Positions 37,698 through 48,026 of a stretch of DNA of 64,000 nt are shown here, piece after piece. Position 1 is the stretch's first letter. Each line of letters opens with the position of its first letter. The translations under genes and the position numbers were made by a program. The notes beneath the pieces were generated by a model, which did no database searches, was not told the origin of the DNA, and saw nothing but the letters and a program-made list of their open reading frames with translations. Source of the stretch: Candidatus Omnitrophota bacterium (GTDB taxonomy: Bacteria > Omnitrophota > Gorgyraeia > Duberdicusellales > 4484-171); NCBI GenBank assembly GCA_021735655.1, contig JAIPGM010000006.1, positions 32,001 through 96,000 on the forward strand. Direction: 5' to 3'.

Positions 37698-38336
37698 TCA
37701 TCGTTGGTGGTTCAATAAAACAAATTTCTTAAACAAACCTACACTTTGAGAATTAACTTCTAAAACATCTTTTTTCTCATACTCTTTGCCTTTCAAAAAT
37801 TCATCCACTCGATCAATATCAAACTCAAGTTTAGACGTTTTAAAATGCATCGGGATGGTAACTTTGGGATTAATCTTATCAATAACCCTTGATGCGGCTT
37901 CAGAATCTAAAGTGAAAGTTCCACCTACCGGGATTAAAACAATATCAATATTCTGAAATTTAAAATACTCTATATCCTCAGTCCCTAAATCACCAAAATG
38001 TACGACCTTCAAGCCCTCGACAGCAATAGTAAAAATTATGTTTTCCCCCCGCAACTTGCCTCCCTTAGCATCGTGGTACGAATTCAGACCTTCTATTTTT
38101 ACATCTTTGAAGTTAAACGTCTCTGCTTTATCAACAATCTTGGCCATTTTAAAAGGCTGAATATGGTTATGATCGGCATGCTGATGAGATACAGTTACAA
38201 TATCAGCCTCAAGGTCAATCGGGCCATAGGCAACTGCACCGTCATAACCTCCGGACTCATAGGGATCTGTAATAATTTTAGTGCCCTGGTTGGTTTCTAG
38301 CAAAAATGAAGCATGACCCAGCCAGCTTAATTTCAT
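37698..38336 (-). CDS. MBL-fold metallo-hydrolase
   Basis: HQHADH motif. Confidence 0.7.
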   Translation of the reverse strand: MKLSWLGHASFLLETNQGTKIITDPYESGGYDGAVAYGPIDLEADIVTVSHQHADHNHIQPFKMAKIVDKAETFNFKDVKIEGLNSYHDAKGGKLRGENIIFTIAVEGLKVVHFGDLGTEDIEYFKFQNIDIVLIPVGGTFTLDSEAASRVIDKINPKVTIPMHFKTSKLEFDIDRVDEFLKGKEYEKKDVLEVNSQSVGLFKKFVLLNHQR

Positions 38337-38989
38337 TTCACTGCCTCAAGTATTTCTTTAGATATTCCGATATCAACCACAAAAACCTGCCCACAATATT
38401 CAGGACCTTGATTTAAAAAAAATCCTTTTTTAGGAGCAATGAAAGTAACCGTGTAGTCGGCCTTTATCGCCGTCCCCAGGACAAATCCCTGATCGGGAGA
38501 AAGCCCCGAAGGGATATCACAAGAAACTATTCTTTTGCTATTCTGATTAACTATTGTAATTACCTCTTTCAAGAAGGGGCTCACCTCCCCTTTCACGCCT
38601 ACGCCTAAGATACCCTCAAGAACAAAATCGCAAAGACCAGCCTCTTGCTTAAGTTTATCAAAACTATCAGCAGTAATCGAAAACAGCGGTAAGTCTATTT
38701 TCTCTAAAATCAACTTCTGACGAAGCGCTTCTTTACCTAGGGGTTTATCTTCTAGCAACGCTATTTTTACCTTAAAGCCTCGACTGGCTAATTTCCGAGC
38801 ACAACTTAAAACATCGGCTCCATTATTACCTCGCCCGGCAACTACAAAAACTTTTTGTCCTAAGTTTAGACTCTTGATTAGCTCAAAAAGATTGCTCGAT
38901 GCATTCTCAATAAGCAAAGACTCCTCCAGGCCCAAACCTTTTGCTTGCTTATCAAGCTTGCGTATTTGATCAACCGATAAACCTTTCAT
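38333..38989 (-). CDS. NAD(P)H-hydrate epimerase (YjeF N-terminal domain)
   Basis: VVAGRGNNGADVL. Confidence 0.7.
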   Translation of the reverse strand: MKGLSVDQIRKLDKQAKGLGLEESLLIENASSNLFELIKSLNLGQKVFVVAGRGNNGADVLSCARKLASRGFKVKIALLEDKPLGKEALRQKLILEKIDLPLFSITADSFDKLKQEAGLCDFVLEGILGVGVKGEVSPFLKEVITIVNQNSKRIVSCDIPSGLSPDQGFVLGTAIKADYTVTFIAPKKGFFLNQGPEYCGQVFVVDIGISKEILEAVK

Positions 38990-39051
38990 ACTATCTTTAA
39001 AAATTAACTCTGGAGATTACACGCGGGGTTGACAATAAGAACTGCTATTTT

Positions 39052-40023
39052 CTAATGGGTATCCTTACCCCTATCCTTTTTCTGGAATAAACCCAAAAAC
39101 TTATCCTCGTACTCACTATAGACATTCCAGTGGTCAAGCTCTTCCTTTAACTTATTGGCTAGACTTATATCTTTTTCAGCATCCTTAAACAGCTTTTCTA
39201 TTTTTCCTCTTACTGACTGCGGTAATTTTGTATATGCCGCTAAGTCCTTCTTGATTTTTTCAATATCTTCCTCACTTAAAGGAGAAGGTGCGCCCTCTTG
39301 AGGCTCACCTTTTAAATAGCTCATTAACTTATCTATCTCCTCTTCGATGAACTTCGACCGCTCAATTAAAGAATCAAGATTCAAACTCATCTTTAGAAAA
39401 CTTTTTAAAATATCCAAAACCTTTGCTATCGCCCTAGGGTTTTCAATTTGAACGGTATAAAAAGGAATCTCACCTAAAAGACAAACACCCTTGATGCCCT
39501 TTCGCTTACCAACTCCTAAAATAATTCCATTTAACCCGCTAACTTGCCCTTCGGTTAAAATTTTAGCGCCAATTTTTTCAAATGCCTTTAAGCTTTCATT
39601 GTGAGTCGCCGCCACCCAAACTCTAGATTCACTTTTATGATCAATTGACTCCGGCTTAGCCGCAAAAGTAAACATTGTCGCAGCTTTGTATTTTTTAACA
39701 TAATTAACTATTGCCAAAGAAAGGGTCTCGGCATATTCTAGAGGCGGTTGGACTTCACCCAAAAAAAGAATTATATCTGGAGCACTTTTTCCTTTATAGT
39801 AATAAAAAAATCCTGCCGGCTGCGATGGCATAGAAATGATTCCTTTCTGGATAATTACCGCTGCTGGCTTAAAAAACCGATAAGGCTCCAACTTGGCAAA
39901 AACTTTGAACCCTAAAACTTCCTTTAAGAATAAAGCACTTTTGTAGGCAACTTCACCCATACCTGGCCAAGCAGCAATAAAAATTGGATTCTTTAACTTC
40001 GGGGTCGATATTTCTTTAATCAT
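39052..40023 (-). CDS. PAC2-family protein (proteasome-assembly-chaperone-like) with C-terminal coiled coil
   Basis: N-terminal AAWPGMGEVA... and overall layout resemble PAC2/COG1938. Confidence 0.4.
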   Translation of the reverse strand: MIKEISTPKLKNPIFIAAWPGMGEVAYKSALFLKEVLGFKVFAKLEPYRFFKPAAVIIQKGIISMPSQPAGFFYYYKGKSAPDIILFLGEVQPPLEYAETLSLAIVNYVKKYKAATMFTFAAKPESIDHKSESRVWVAATHNESLKAFEKIGAKILTEGQVSGLNGIILGVGKRKGIKGVCLLGEIPFYTVQIENPRAIAKVLDILKSFLKMSLNLDSLIERSKFIEEEIDKLMSYLKGEPQEGAPSPLSEEDIEKIKKDLAAYTKLPQSVRGKIEKLFKDAEKDISLANKLKEELDHWNVYSEYEDKFLGLFQKKDRGKDTH

Positions 40024-40082
40024 TTATTCAATAATTTATCACAAGTATACTGAAAAACAAGAAAAATAAAAATTAACCCTAA

Positions 40083-40742
40083 CTACTCTAAAGTTGCATG
40101 CTCTTGAACGTGCAAAATTATGTCCAAAATGATTTTTGCTAATACCATCGCTGGTAATAAGCCGACCTTGCAATCTATGCTTGTCATTTCATCTTTCATA
40201 ATATTAATTGCGGTGATGGCTGATCCAATGATAGCTAAAACTCCAATAACAGTTACCCTTATAACACACTCACCCATTAATTTCATTGCCTTAGCTTTTT
40301 CATACTCTTTCTTCCCCAAAAAATTAGCGATGTAGGATATGGTATGAATAATTAGGAATAAAAAAACTATATAGAGAATTCTATCTAAATGTATTTTTTC
40401 CGTAGCTGCCCCGCCAAAAAGCGAGAACGTAAATCCGGCCATCAAAAGCGTAAAAAAGTAAAAGAAATAAAATATTTCTGCCCACCCTCCCTGTTTAGAT
40501 GAATCTCGCCTTTCCGGTTTGCTCTTAGCTACGACCCTCTCTGATCTTTTTATTTTTTTCTGAAAAATAAATAAAAGTATTAAAGTCTCTGCCACATAAC
40601 TGATAAAAATATCTATAAATTGCCACCCGTAGAATAAAACATTCCATAATGGGAAAAGATTGGCCGCAACAAGCAATATGATAGTAAGATAGGGTATCTG
40701 TTTTAAGTTAACCTTCATAATATTTATGGAATTTGTATTCAA
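40083..40742 (-). CDS. integral membrane protein, unknown function
   Basis: 5-6 TM helices. Confidence 0.45.
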   Translation of the reverse strand: MNTNSINIMKVNLKQIPYLTIILLVAANLFPLWNVLFYGWQFIDIFISYVAETLILLFIFQKKIKRSERVVAKSKPERRDSSKQGGWAEIFYFFYFFTLLMAGFTFSLFGGAATEKIHLDRILYIVFLFLIIHTISYIANFLGKKEYEKAKAMKLMGECVIRVTVIGVLAIIGSAITAINIMKDEMTSIDCKVGLLPAMVLAKIILDIILHVQEHATLE

Positions 40743-40746
40743 ACTT

Positions 40747-41997
40747 CTAACGTAGATTTTCTAAAAAATCTTTTATCTTTTTTTCGTCGCCGATATCCTT
40801 AGGAAAATAAAACTGCTGTTTAGCTCCGTAATCTTGTTCGATATATCCACCAAAGGCATGAGGATATTTATAGTCCTTAGAGTGAGTCTTAAGGTGTTCT
40901 GGCACTTCCCGAATTTCTTCGGCTTCAACCGCCTCCTGGGCCTGCTTGATTGCCATATAGGCAGAATTAGACTTAGGAGATGCTGCTAAATAAATGGTAC
41001 TTTGAGCTAAAATTAAATTGGCTTCGGGCATTCCGACGAACTCAACCGACTGAAAACAACTAGTCGCCATCACTAAAGCAAAAGGATTTGCATTACCAAT
41101 ATCTTCGGAAGCTAAAATAACTAATCTCCTGGCAATAAACCTCGGGTCTTCTCCGGCTTTAAGCATCTTTGCTAGCCAGTAAAGAGCGCTATCAACATCA
41201 CTACCACGCACCGATTTTATAAAAGCTGAAATAGTATCATAGTGATAATTATCTTTCCGATCATAAAGGATTTTCTTCTGAATACTTTCTTTGGCTACTT
41301 CGAAATTAAAAATTACCTTACCATTACTGTCCGGCTTTGTACTTAAGACCCCTAACTCTATTGCTCCCAGAGCGCTTCGGGCATCGCCACCGGCCACCTC
41401 AGTAATATAATCTAAGGCTTTATTAGTAATTTCTACTTCTAAATTACCCAACCCTCTTTCTTTATCTATTAAGGCCCTCTTTAGCAAAACCGCTATATCT
41501 TCTTTTTTTAAAGGTTTAAACTTGGCTACGATTGAACGAGAAATTAATGAAGGAATCAGATAATAGAAAGGATTGTAAACAGTAGCCCCAATTAAAATTA
41601 TACTCCCCGATTCTGTATCCGGAACAAGGGTTTCTTGTTGCAACTTACTAAATCGGTGTATTTCATCAATAAAGATAGCCGTTTTCCTATTCTGTTTAGC
41701 TAATTTTATCTTTGCCTTCTCAATTGCTTTCTTAACTAGCGCGACCGAAGAAAAAGCAGCATTAAGATATTCAAACTCCGCACCTAGACTTTCAGCCACT
41801 ATAAACCCTAAACTTGTCTTTCCACATCCAGCTGGGCCACAAATGATTATGGAAGTTACTCGCTTTGAAACGATTGCTCTTTTTAAAATGCAACCATCAG
41901 CTAAAACATGAGCCTGACCAACAAATTCATCTAAATTCCTAGGCCGCATCCTAACTGCTAAAGGTGAATCGTCAATTTTTAACTTTTGATTTTCCAT
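40747..41997 (-). CDS. rarA: replication-associated recombination protein A (AAA+ ATPase)
   Basis: Walker A GPAGCGKTS, MgsA C-terminal domain. Confidence 0.85.
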   Translation of the reverse strand: MENQKLKIDDSPLAVRMRPRNLDEFVGQAHVLADGCILKRAIVSKRVTSIIICGPAGCGKTSLGFIVAESLGAEFEYLNAAFSSVALVKKAIEKAKIKLAKQNRKTAIFIDEIHRFSKLQQETLVPDTESGSIILIGATVYNPFYYLIPSLISRSIVAKFKPLKKEDIAVLLKRALIDKERGLGNLEVEITNKALDYITEVAGGDARSALGAIELGVLSTKPDSNGKVIFNFEVAKESIQKKILYDRKDNYHYDTISAFIKSVRGSDVDSALYWLAKMLKAGEDPRFIARRLVILASEDIGNANPFALVMATSCFQSVEFVGMPEANLILAQSTIYLAASPKSNSAYMAIKQAQEAVEAEEIREVPEHLKTHSKDYKYPHAFGGYIEQDYGAKQQFYFPKDIGDEKKIKDFLENLR

Positions 41998-42241
41998 CTT
42001 CGACTCAAAAAAAACAACCCTGCCATAAGTTCGTCCAGGCGATCGCTATTAGTTCGTTTCTCCTACAAGTGGGTGCCGCTTCTTATTACCACAAAGGCAA
42101 TAGGAAAACTAGCTCCCTGAAAATTAGTGTTAGCTATAGCGACCGTTACCCTAAAAACGCAACAAGCAGGGTGTTTAAATAATTATAACACCCAGCACCG
42201 ACATCTTCAAGGATATCTTAATCAAACTAAAACTAATCTTT

Positions 42242-44242
42242 CTATCTAAGTTGTAGGCCTCGTTGCGAGCTTAAAGCTTGCCTTATCTGATTATGAAATT
42301 CATCCACCTCTTGAGAGGTTAGGGTTTTGTTCGGGGATTGATAAAAAATTCTTAAAGTAAATGCAGTGGTTTCTGGTGGGACATCTTTACCTTTATAAAT
42401 ATCAACAATGCATAAATCAGCCAAATAATTACTCTTGGCTTTTATTGTATCTTCTACTTCTTTAAAGTCTACGTCCTTGGCCAAAGCAATGCTTATATCT
42501 CTAGATACTGCCGGATAAGAACTAAACTGTCTGTATTTTTTCTGGTTAGCACTGGCAATAAGTTGTTCGATGTTAAGTTGAGCAAAAAACAGGTCTTCTT
42601 TTAAATCGCAGTTTTTCTTTATATTCTCATTAACTTTACCGATAAAGCCTATTACTTTCCCCTTAATCACAATTGTTAAGGCATCGCTAAAATAAGATGA
42701 CTTTGTTTTCTTAAATTCAAACTCCTGAATGTTAGTGAATTTAAAAATATTTTCAACGGCTCCTTTAAGATAAAAAAACCCCCGGGGCTTACCGCTTGCA
42801 GCCAAGGCTAAAACCGGAAACTCAGAAAATCCCTTTTTATCCTTTAGATAAATATGAGCAATTTCAAAAAAATACAGATTACTTTGACTGCGATTAAGGT
42901 TATGCCCAACAGCTTTAATCATCCCCGGTAAAAGACTGGAACGAAGGCTACTCTCTTGCTTACGCAGGGGATTTATCACTTCAATTTTATTCTCGGGCTC
43001 GTTTGCCCCCAAAGCGTCTTTGTCTTCGATGCTATAAGTAATAACCTCTTTAAACCCCAATAAAGCAATTTGAATTGCTAGCTCTTTATTAAAATGATAG
43101 GCGCTTTTGCTCCTATCGACAACTCTTGAATCGAAATTCTTTCTTAAAAAAGGAAGTTTAGCCGATATTTTATCGTAACCATAAATACGACTTACCTCCT
43201 CATAAATATCTACGTCTTTATCAATATCAAAGCGCTGGACCGGGACTGAAAGTAAATATTTGTTTTTACTGCTTTGCTTTAGGCCAAATCCGAGAGAAGT
43301 TATAATACTCTTAAACTTTGCAGCTGGAACAGAACATCCTAAATAATTCTCTAAACCAGAAAGGCTTAGGCTTACTTTCTTCTGAGAAAAGTGAGGTTTT
43401 CGTCCGGCCCGACAAACTCCTTGAAATCTTCCTTTAGCTAGATTTTCTATTAATTGGGCTGCTTCGCTTGATGCTAACTCTAAATAGTCGGCGCTTACCC
43501 GACGCTCAAAACGATAGGAAGATTCAGTGTCAACTCCAGCAGCCCGGCGAGAACGACGCACGGCAATTGGTGAAAAAATAGCCCCTTCTAAAAAAATATT
43601 TTTGGTTGATTCGTCTACTTCGCTATTCTTAGCTCCAATTACTCCGGCTAAAGCAACCACCTTTTTTTGATCGGCAACTACCAAATTAATTTTGTCCAAA
43701 ACCCTCTCTTTGCCATCGATTCCGACAAACGGCTCTCCCTTTTTGGCCCGACGGATATAAATATTACCCTCTAGCTTATCTTCATCGAAAGCATGCAAAG
43801 GATTACCCCACTTAAGCATGCAATAGTTAGTAATATCTACTATGTTGTTCACCGAAGTTAATCCACAGTTAAGAACTAACTCTCTGATTTGCTGATTAGC
43901 TCGAGAAACCTTTATCCCTTTTATTGACCGGCCGATATAATAAGGGCAATCTTGAATATTTTCGATAATAACCGATCTTTCTTTAAGTAAAGCTTCTTTT
44001 AGCTTAGCCGGGTGTTTAACCTTAAGGTTCTTGCCTAAAACTGCGCCTATTTCCTGAGCGATACCAACTATCGAAAGCCAATCATAACGATTAGTGGTAA
44101 CTTCAATATCAAAAACCCAGTCGTTACCCAGCCTTTGCAAACTCTCGACTTCCATCCCAGCCATAGTTAGCTTATTAGCTAACTCCGCTGGTTTTAAATT
44201 AACCTCTAGAAACTCTTGGATAAAATTTAAACTAAATCTCAT
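42242..44242 (-). CDS. pheT: phenylalanine--tRNA ligase beta subunit; short form lacking the N-terminal tRNA-binding OB domain
   Basis: B3/B4, B5 and C-terminal domains present; the sequence goes from ...LTMAGMEVE straight into B3/B4-like DWVFDIEVTTNR. Confidence 0.85.
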   Translation of the reverse strand: MRFSLNFIQEFLEVNLKPAELANKLTMAGMEVESLQRLGNDWVFDIEVTTNRYDWLSIVGIAQEIGAVLGKNLKVKHPAKLKEALLKERSVIIENIQDCPYYIGRSIKGIKVSRANQQIRELVLNCGLTSVNNIVDITNYCMLKWGNPLHAFDEDKLEGNIYIRRAKKGEPFVGIDGKERVLDKINLVVADQKKVVALAGVIGAKNSEVDESTKNIFLEGAIFSPIAVRRSRRAAGVDTESSYRFERRVSADYLELASSEAAQLIENLAKGRFQGVCRAGRKPHFSQKKVSLSLSGLENYLGCSVPAAKFKSIITSLGFGLKQSSKNKYLLSVPVQRFDIDKDVDIYEEVSRIYGYDKISAKLPFLRKNFDSRVVDRSKSAYHFNKELAIQIALLGFKEVITYSIEDKDALGANEPENKIEVINPLRKQESSLRSSLLPGMIKAVGHNLNRSQSNLYFFEIAHIYLKDKKGFSEFPVLALAASGKPRGFFYLKGAVENIFKFTNIQEFEFKKTKSSYFSDALTIVIKGKVIGFIGKVNENIKKNCDLKEDLFFAQLNIEQLIASANQKKYRQFSSYPAVSRDISIALAKDVDFKEVEDTIKAKSNYLADLCIVDIYKGKDVPPETTAFTLRIFYQSPNKTLTSQEVDEFHNQIRQALSSQRGLQLR

Positions 44243-44244
44243 AA

Positions 44245-45291
44245 CTACATTGAAAATTGTTCTAAAAACCTTAAATCATTTTCATAGAAAAGACGGATAT
44301 CATCTATTCCGTATTTAAGCATCGTGATTCGTTCAACCCCCATACCAAAGGCAAACCCTTGATATTTTTTAGAATCTATCCCGCAAAGCTCAAGTACTTT
44401 CGGATGAATCATGCCGCAACCTAAAATCTCAAGCCAACCCTTATCTTTACAAACACTACATTTTTTATCCTTATCGGATTTTTTCTTATCTTTACAAATA
44501 ATACAAGATAAATCAACCTCGGCTGAAGGCTCAGTAAAAGGAAAAAAATGAGGTCGGAAGCGAAGCTCAACATCATTTGAAAAAAGTTCTCTGGCAAAAG
44601 ATAAAAGCACACCCTTTAAATGTGCAAAGTTTATATCCCTGCCTACGGCAAATCCCTCTATCTGACTAAACATAAATGAATGAGATGCGTCTACTTCATC
44701 CGGCCGATAAACCCGGCCCGGTGAAATCACTGCCAAAGGGGGCTTGATCTTTTGCATAACTCTAATTTGCGAAGGTGAAGTATGGCATCTTAACAAATGT
44801 TTCCCTCCCTTAGAGGAAGGCAAATCTAAATAAAAAGTGTCAAAGTCATCACGGGAAGGATGGTCTTTGGGAAAATTAAGTGCATCAAAATTATGCCACT
44901 CATCTTCAATCTCAGCGCCTTCGACGATATCGAAACCCAACCTTTCAAACACCGAGCATATCTTCTGACTAACAACGTTTATGATATGTCTTGAACCAGC
45001 ACCTACTGAAGTTGCCGGGAAAGTGACGTCAATTGACTCACTAGATGCCCCAACAGATCCTTCGGTTGCCTTATATAAAAACTCGGTCATCTCTTGCTTA
45101 ACTTCGTTGAGCCGCTTGCCCCAATAGCCTCTCTCTTCCTTAGCCAAAACCGGAATTTGAGAAAAAAGCTCGGCTAGTTCTGATTTTCTTCCCAGGTACT
45201 TTACCTTTAACTCTTCCAACAATTTAACCCTTTTGGTTTGAGCTAGATCTTGCTGAAATTCTTCCTGTAATTTTTTAAGTCTTTGTTCCAT
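44245..45291 (-). CDS. pheS: phenylalanine--tRNA ligase alpha subunit, with CxxC..CxxC zinc-ribbon insertion
   Basis: Class II motifs; GFAFGMGVERI; insertion CIICKDKKKSDKDKKCSVCKDKGW. Confidence 0.9.
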   Translation of the reverse strand: MEQRLKKLQEEFQQDLAQTKRVKLLEELKVKYLGRKSELAELFSQIPVLAKEERGYWGKRLNEVKQEMTEFLYKATEGSVGASSESIDVTFPATSVGAGSRHIINVVSQKICSVFERLGFDIVEGAEIEDEWHNFDALNFPKDHPSRDDFDTFYLDLPSSKGGKHLLRCHTSPSQIRVMQKIKPPLAVISPGRVYRPDEVDASHSFMFSQIEGFAVGRDINFAHLKGVLLSFARELFSNDVELRFRPHFFPFTEPSAEVDLSCIICKDKKKSDKDKKCSVCKDKGWLEILGCGMIHPKVLELCGIDSKKYQGFAFGMGVERITMLKYGIDDIRLFYENDLRFLEQFSM

Positions 45292-45763
45292 ACTTCTCTT
45301 TTATAAAATACATCAATGCTACAATTAAACACATTATGAGACCTAATTTGGCAAACCCAATTTTCTGTTCAGAAATTTCCGGTTGACTCCTGTGACCCTT
45401 CCTCAAAATTTCTAGACTGTTAAGGTGTATGTCACCAGTATGATGTTGGGCACAATTTTTATTAAATTTTCCCGATACTTTTAAATAATCACCGATCTCG
45501 GCATAGCCTCCCCAATGACTGATAAGATCAAAGCTACTCAAGTCTTGCGAAAAGATACCTAAACTATGCCCATTAAAAGAAATATTAACCCAATACCCGT
45601 CTCCGGACTTTAAAGGCTCACCAATGGCCTCACCAACCACAACAACCATCTCCTGGTCAAAAGAATCAGCTTTAGCCAAGATCTCTTTTAATGAGCCAGC
45701 CCTAGCGGTAGTCGCCAAACAAAGAAAAAATAATATTAAAATAATAAGCTTTTTCATTATCAT
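45275..45763 (-). CDS. secreted/membrane-anchored hypothetical protein
   Basis: Signal peptide plus C-terminal TM. Confidence 0.45.
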   Translation of the reverse strand: MIMKKLIILILFFLCLATTARAGSLKEILAKADSFDQEMVVVVGEAIGEPLKSGDGYWVNISFNGHSLGIFSQDLSSFDLISHWGGYAEIGDYLKVSGKFNKNCAQHHTGDIHLNSLEILRKGHRSQPEISEQKIGFAKLGLIMCLIVALMYFIKEKYGTKT

Positions 45764-47247
45764 TTCCTAAACAATGACACAATAAAACCTAGTGAAACGA
45801 AAATTGAGATAAACTCTAACCTTCCAGCCCACATCTGAAAAATATAAACAAGCTTTAAACCAATTGGCATGGCAATTTGAGTTATCCCAACCGACAAGCC
45901 CACATTTGCCGTCGCCGAAACTGACTCAAACAAAGCTAAATGAGCTGGATAGCCATAAGCCATCCCGACCAGCGCACCGAAAACATAAGTAAAAAGAAAA
46001 AAAGTAAAAAAGATATAAGCATCTTTTATCCTTTTGTCAGTTAAAACTAAATCCTGAAGATGATGGAACCTTTCTTTATAAACCGCCTTAGCTGGCATCA
46101 TCCAACGCTTAACTTCCATAAAAAAGGTTCTAAAAATAATTCCTAACCTCATCAGCTTAATGCCCCCGGTGGTTGAGCAAACTCCTCCCCCGATCATCAT
46201 CGCAAAAATAACCGAAAATAATCCCAGGGTCGGAAAAGAAAGTAGTTGATTTTCTGAAAGATTAGTAAACCCGCAACCGGAATGTGCTGAAATCAGCTGA
46301 TAAAACCCAATACGAAAATTCCCGAAATGAGATGAAAGGCCTCGAAAGGAAAAATAAATGATTATTGATAAAGAAAAAAGAGTAAATAAAAAAGTTCTAA
46401 TTTCAAAATTTTTAAACAGTTCTTTTTTGTTTTTATTCCAAACCCAAAAATGAAGGTTAAAGTTAATCGCCCCTAGAATCATAAAAACAATTGTTGCTAG
46501 TTCTAAAGCAAAAGAATGATAATAACCTATATTTTGAGACTGGGGAGCAAACCCACCAGTGTCAAAAGAAGCAAAAAAAAGCCACAAAGCATGGAAAAAA
46601 GACTTATCCAGACTGATTCCCTGAGAGTAAAGAATACCTAAATAAGTAATAACTCCTAAAACCAGATAAACAAAACTTACCTTCCAAATAAACCGTGCAG
46701 TAGCCACAACATTGGGAAGGATTTTTTCCTGGCGAGCCTCACCAACATAAAAACCTAGGGCCACTGAGCGAGCTTGGGTAAGAATCGAAAGGCTGGCCAG
46801 AATAATACCTTGGCCACCAATAAACATAGTGAGGTGACGCCAGGTATTGTGAGCAAATGATAGATGGTCCAAATCTTGGATTAAAATTAAACCGGTAGTA
46901 GCAAATCCACTCATTGCCTCAAACCAAGCATCAAGAAATGAGGCAAAATGTGAAGAGAGCCAAAGAGGTATTGCCCCCAGTAGTGAAAAAACAATCCAAG
47001 CTGCGCTTACAGTAAAAAAAGCATGAATCCAACCTACCTCCTTTTTTATCGGAAAAATTATTAGCAATAAAAAACCTACTGTCGCGCTGATTGAAAAGCC
47101 AATAAGAAAGTCAAAGAAAGGAGATATTTCACCTCTGAAGAAAGCAACTAAGGCCGGTACCAACATAAATAAACTCAACCCGACCGTAAGCCTTCCCAAA
47201 ATATTGAGGATCGTAGAAAAATCCTTTCTGTCTGGTGAAATAACCAT
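45760..47247 (-). CDS. trkH: Trk/Ktr-type potassium transporter membrane subunit
   Basis: 495 aa polytopic; TrkH family selectivity-filter Gly motifs. Confidence 0.8.
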   Translation of the reverse strand: MVISPDRKDFSTILNILGRLTVGLSLFMLVPALVAFFRGEISPFFDFLIGFSISATVGFLLLIIFPIKKEVGWIHAFFTVSAAWIVFSLLGAIPLWLSSHFASFLDAWFEAMSGFATTGLILIQDLDHLSFAHNTWRHLTMFIGGQGIILASLSILTQARSVALGFYVGEARQEKILPNVVATARFIWKVSFVYLVLGVITYLGILYSQGISLDKSFFHALWLFFASFDTGGFAPQSQNIGYYHSFALELATIVFMILGAINFNLHFWVWNKNKKELFKNFEIRTFLFTLFSLSIIIYFSFRGLSSHFGNFRIGFYQLISAHSGCGFTNLSENQLLSFPTLGLFSVIFAMMIGGGVCSTTGGIKLMRLGIIFRTFFMEVKRWMMPAKAVYKERFHHLQDLVLTDKRIKDAYIFFTFFLFTYVFGALVGMAYGYPAHLALFESVSATANVGLSVGITQIAMPIGLKLVYIFQMWAGRLEFISIFVSLGFIVSLFRK

Positions 47248-47360
47248 ATGCTATATTAGAAAATAAAGGAAAGCAAATAACCTGCCCCGGCAATAAAAAG
47301 GCAAAAAATAATTTCAGCTATTATACCTGTTATTACTTTCATCGCTTCAAACCAAAACCT

Positions 47361-48026
47361 TTAAATTTTGCCAATTAACGATTTAATTAAATCCTTCTCT
47401 ACATCGATAAGGGCAGCAGCAATGACTTCATCGCCGGGTAAAATTACCGTTGATCCGTAAGGAATAATAATATCCGGACCTCGCAAAACAGAAACTAAAA
47501 CTGAATTGGAAGGAAGGGTTATATCTTTTAAGGCTTTATTGGCAACCGGAGAATTCTCCGGTATATCTACCCTCACAATAGAAAGCCTGCCTTTTTTAAT
47601 GCTTAGAAGACTCATCACATCGTTAAAGGAAGCTTCTTCTTCTACGATCCGGGCGATAATTGAAGTTGAATCTACTGGGTTGTCTACCTCCATATATTTA
47701 TATAAAGGTATGTGCTTGGGGTCGTTGACTCTGGCTACTGTCCGTTTGACTCCAAAAAGCTCTTTGGCTAGATAGCAAATAATTGTACTATCTTCGTCGT
47801 TGGAAGCAGCGCTAACACAAACATCGGCTTTCTCAATTTTTGCAGCGCTTAAAATATCCGGATAAGTAGCATCGCCGCAAACGATCATAATTCCCTCTAG
47901 TTCTGTGGCTAACTGATCACAAAGACTCTTACTCTTATCTATTAAGCAAACCTGATGCTTATCTTCTTTTAACTTTTTGGCTACAGCCAATCCTAATCTT
48001 CCGGCACCGGCTATTACAATATACAT
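47361..48026 (-). CDS. trkA: Trk/Ktr system NAD-binding subunit (TrkA-N + TrkA-C)
   Basis: GAGRLG Rossmann motif. Confidence 0.8.
   Translation of the reverse strand: MYIVIAGAGRLGLAVAKKLKEDKHQVCLIDKSKSLCDQLATELEGIMIVCGDATYPDILSAAKIEKADVCVSAASNDEDSTIICYLAKELFGVKRTVARVNDPKHIPLYKYMEVDNPVDSTSIIARIVEEEASFNDVMSLLSIKKGRLSIVRVDIPENSPVANKALKDITLPSNSVLVSVLRGPDIIIPYGSTVILPGDEVIAAALIDVEKDLIKSLIGKI

Noticed and set aside
42005-42235. Interpreting the long hairpin downstream of pheT simply as a rho-independent terminator
   Set aside because: Possible but not preferred. The paired region spans about 160 nt with internal bulges and lacks an obvious short GC stem followed by a U-tract. It is kept as a candidate sRNA instead, at low confidence.
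47248-47360. Tiny hydrophobic ORF (about 30 aa) between trkH and trkA
   Set aside because: Too short to support without homology. It could equally be a promoter or leader region.
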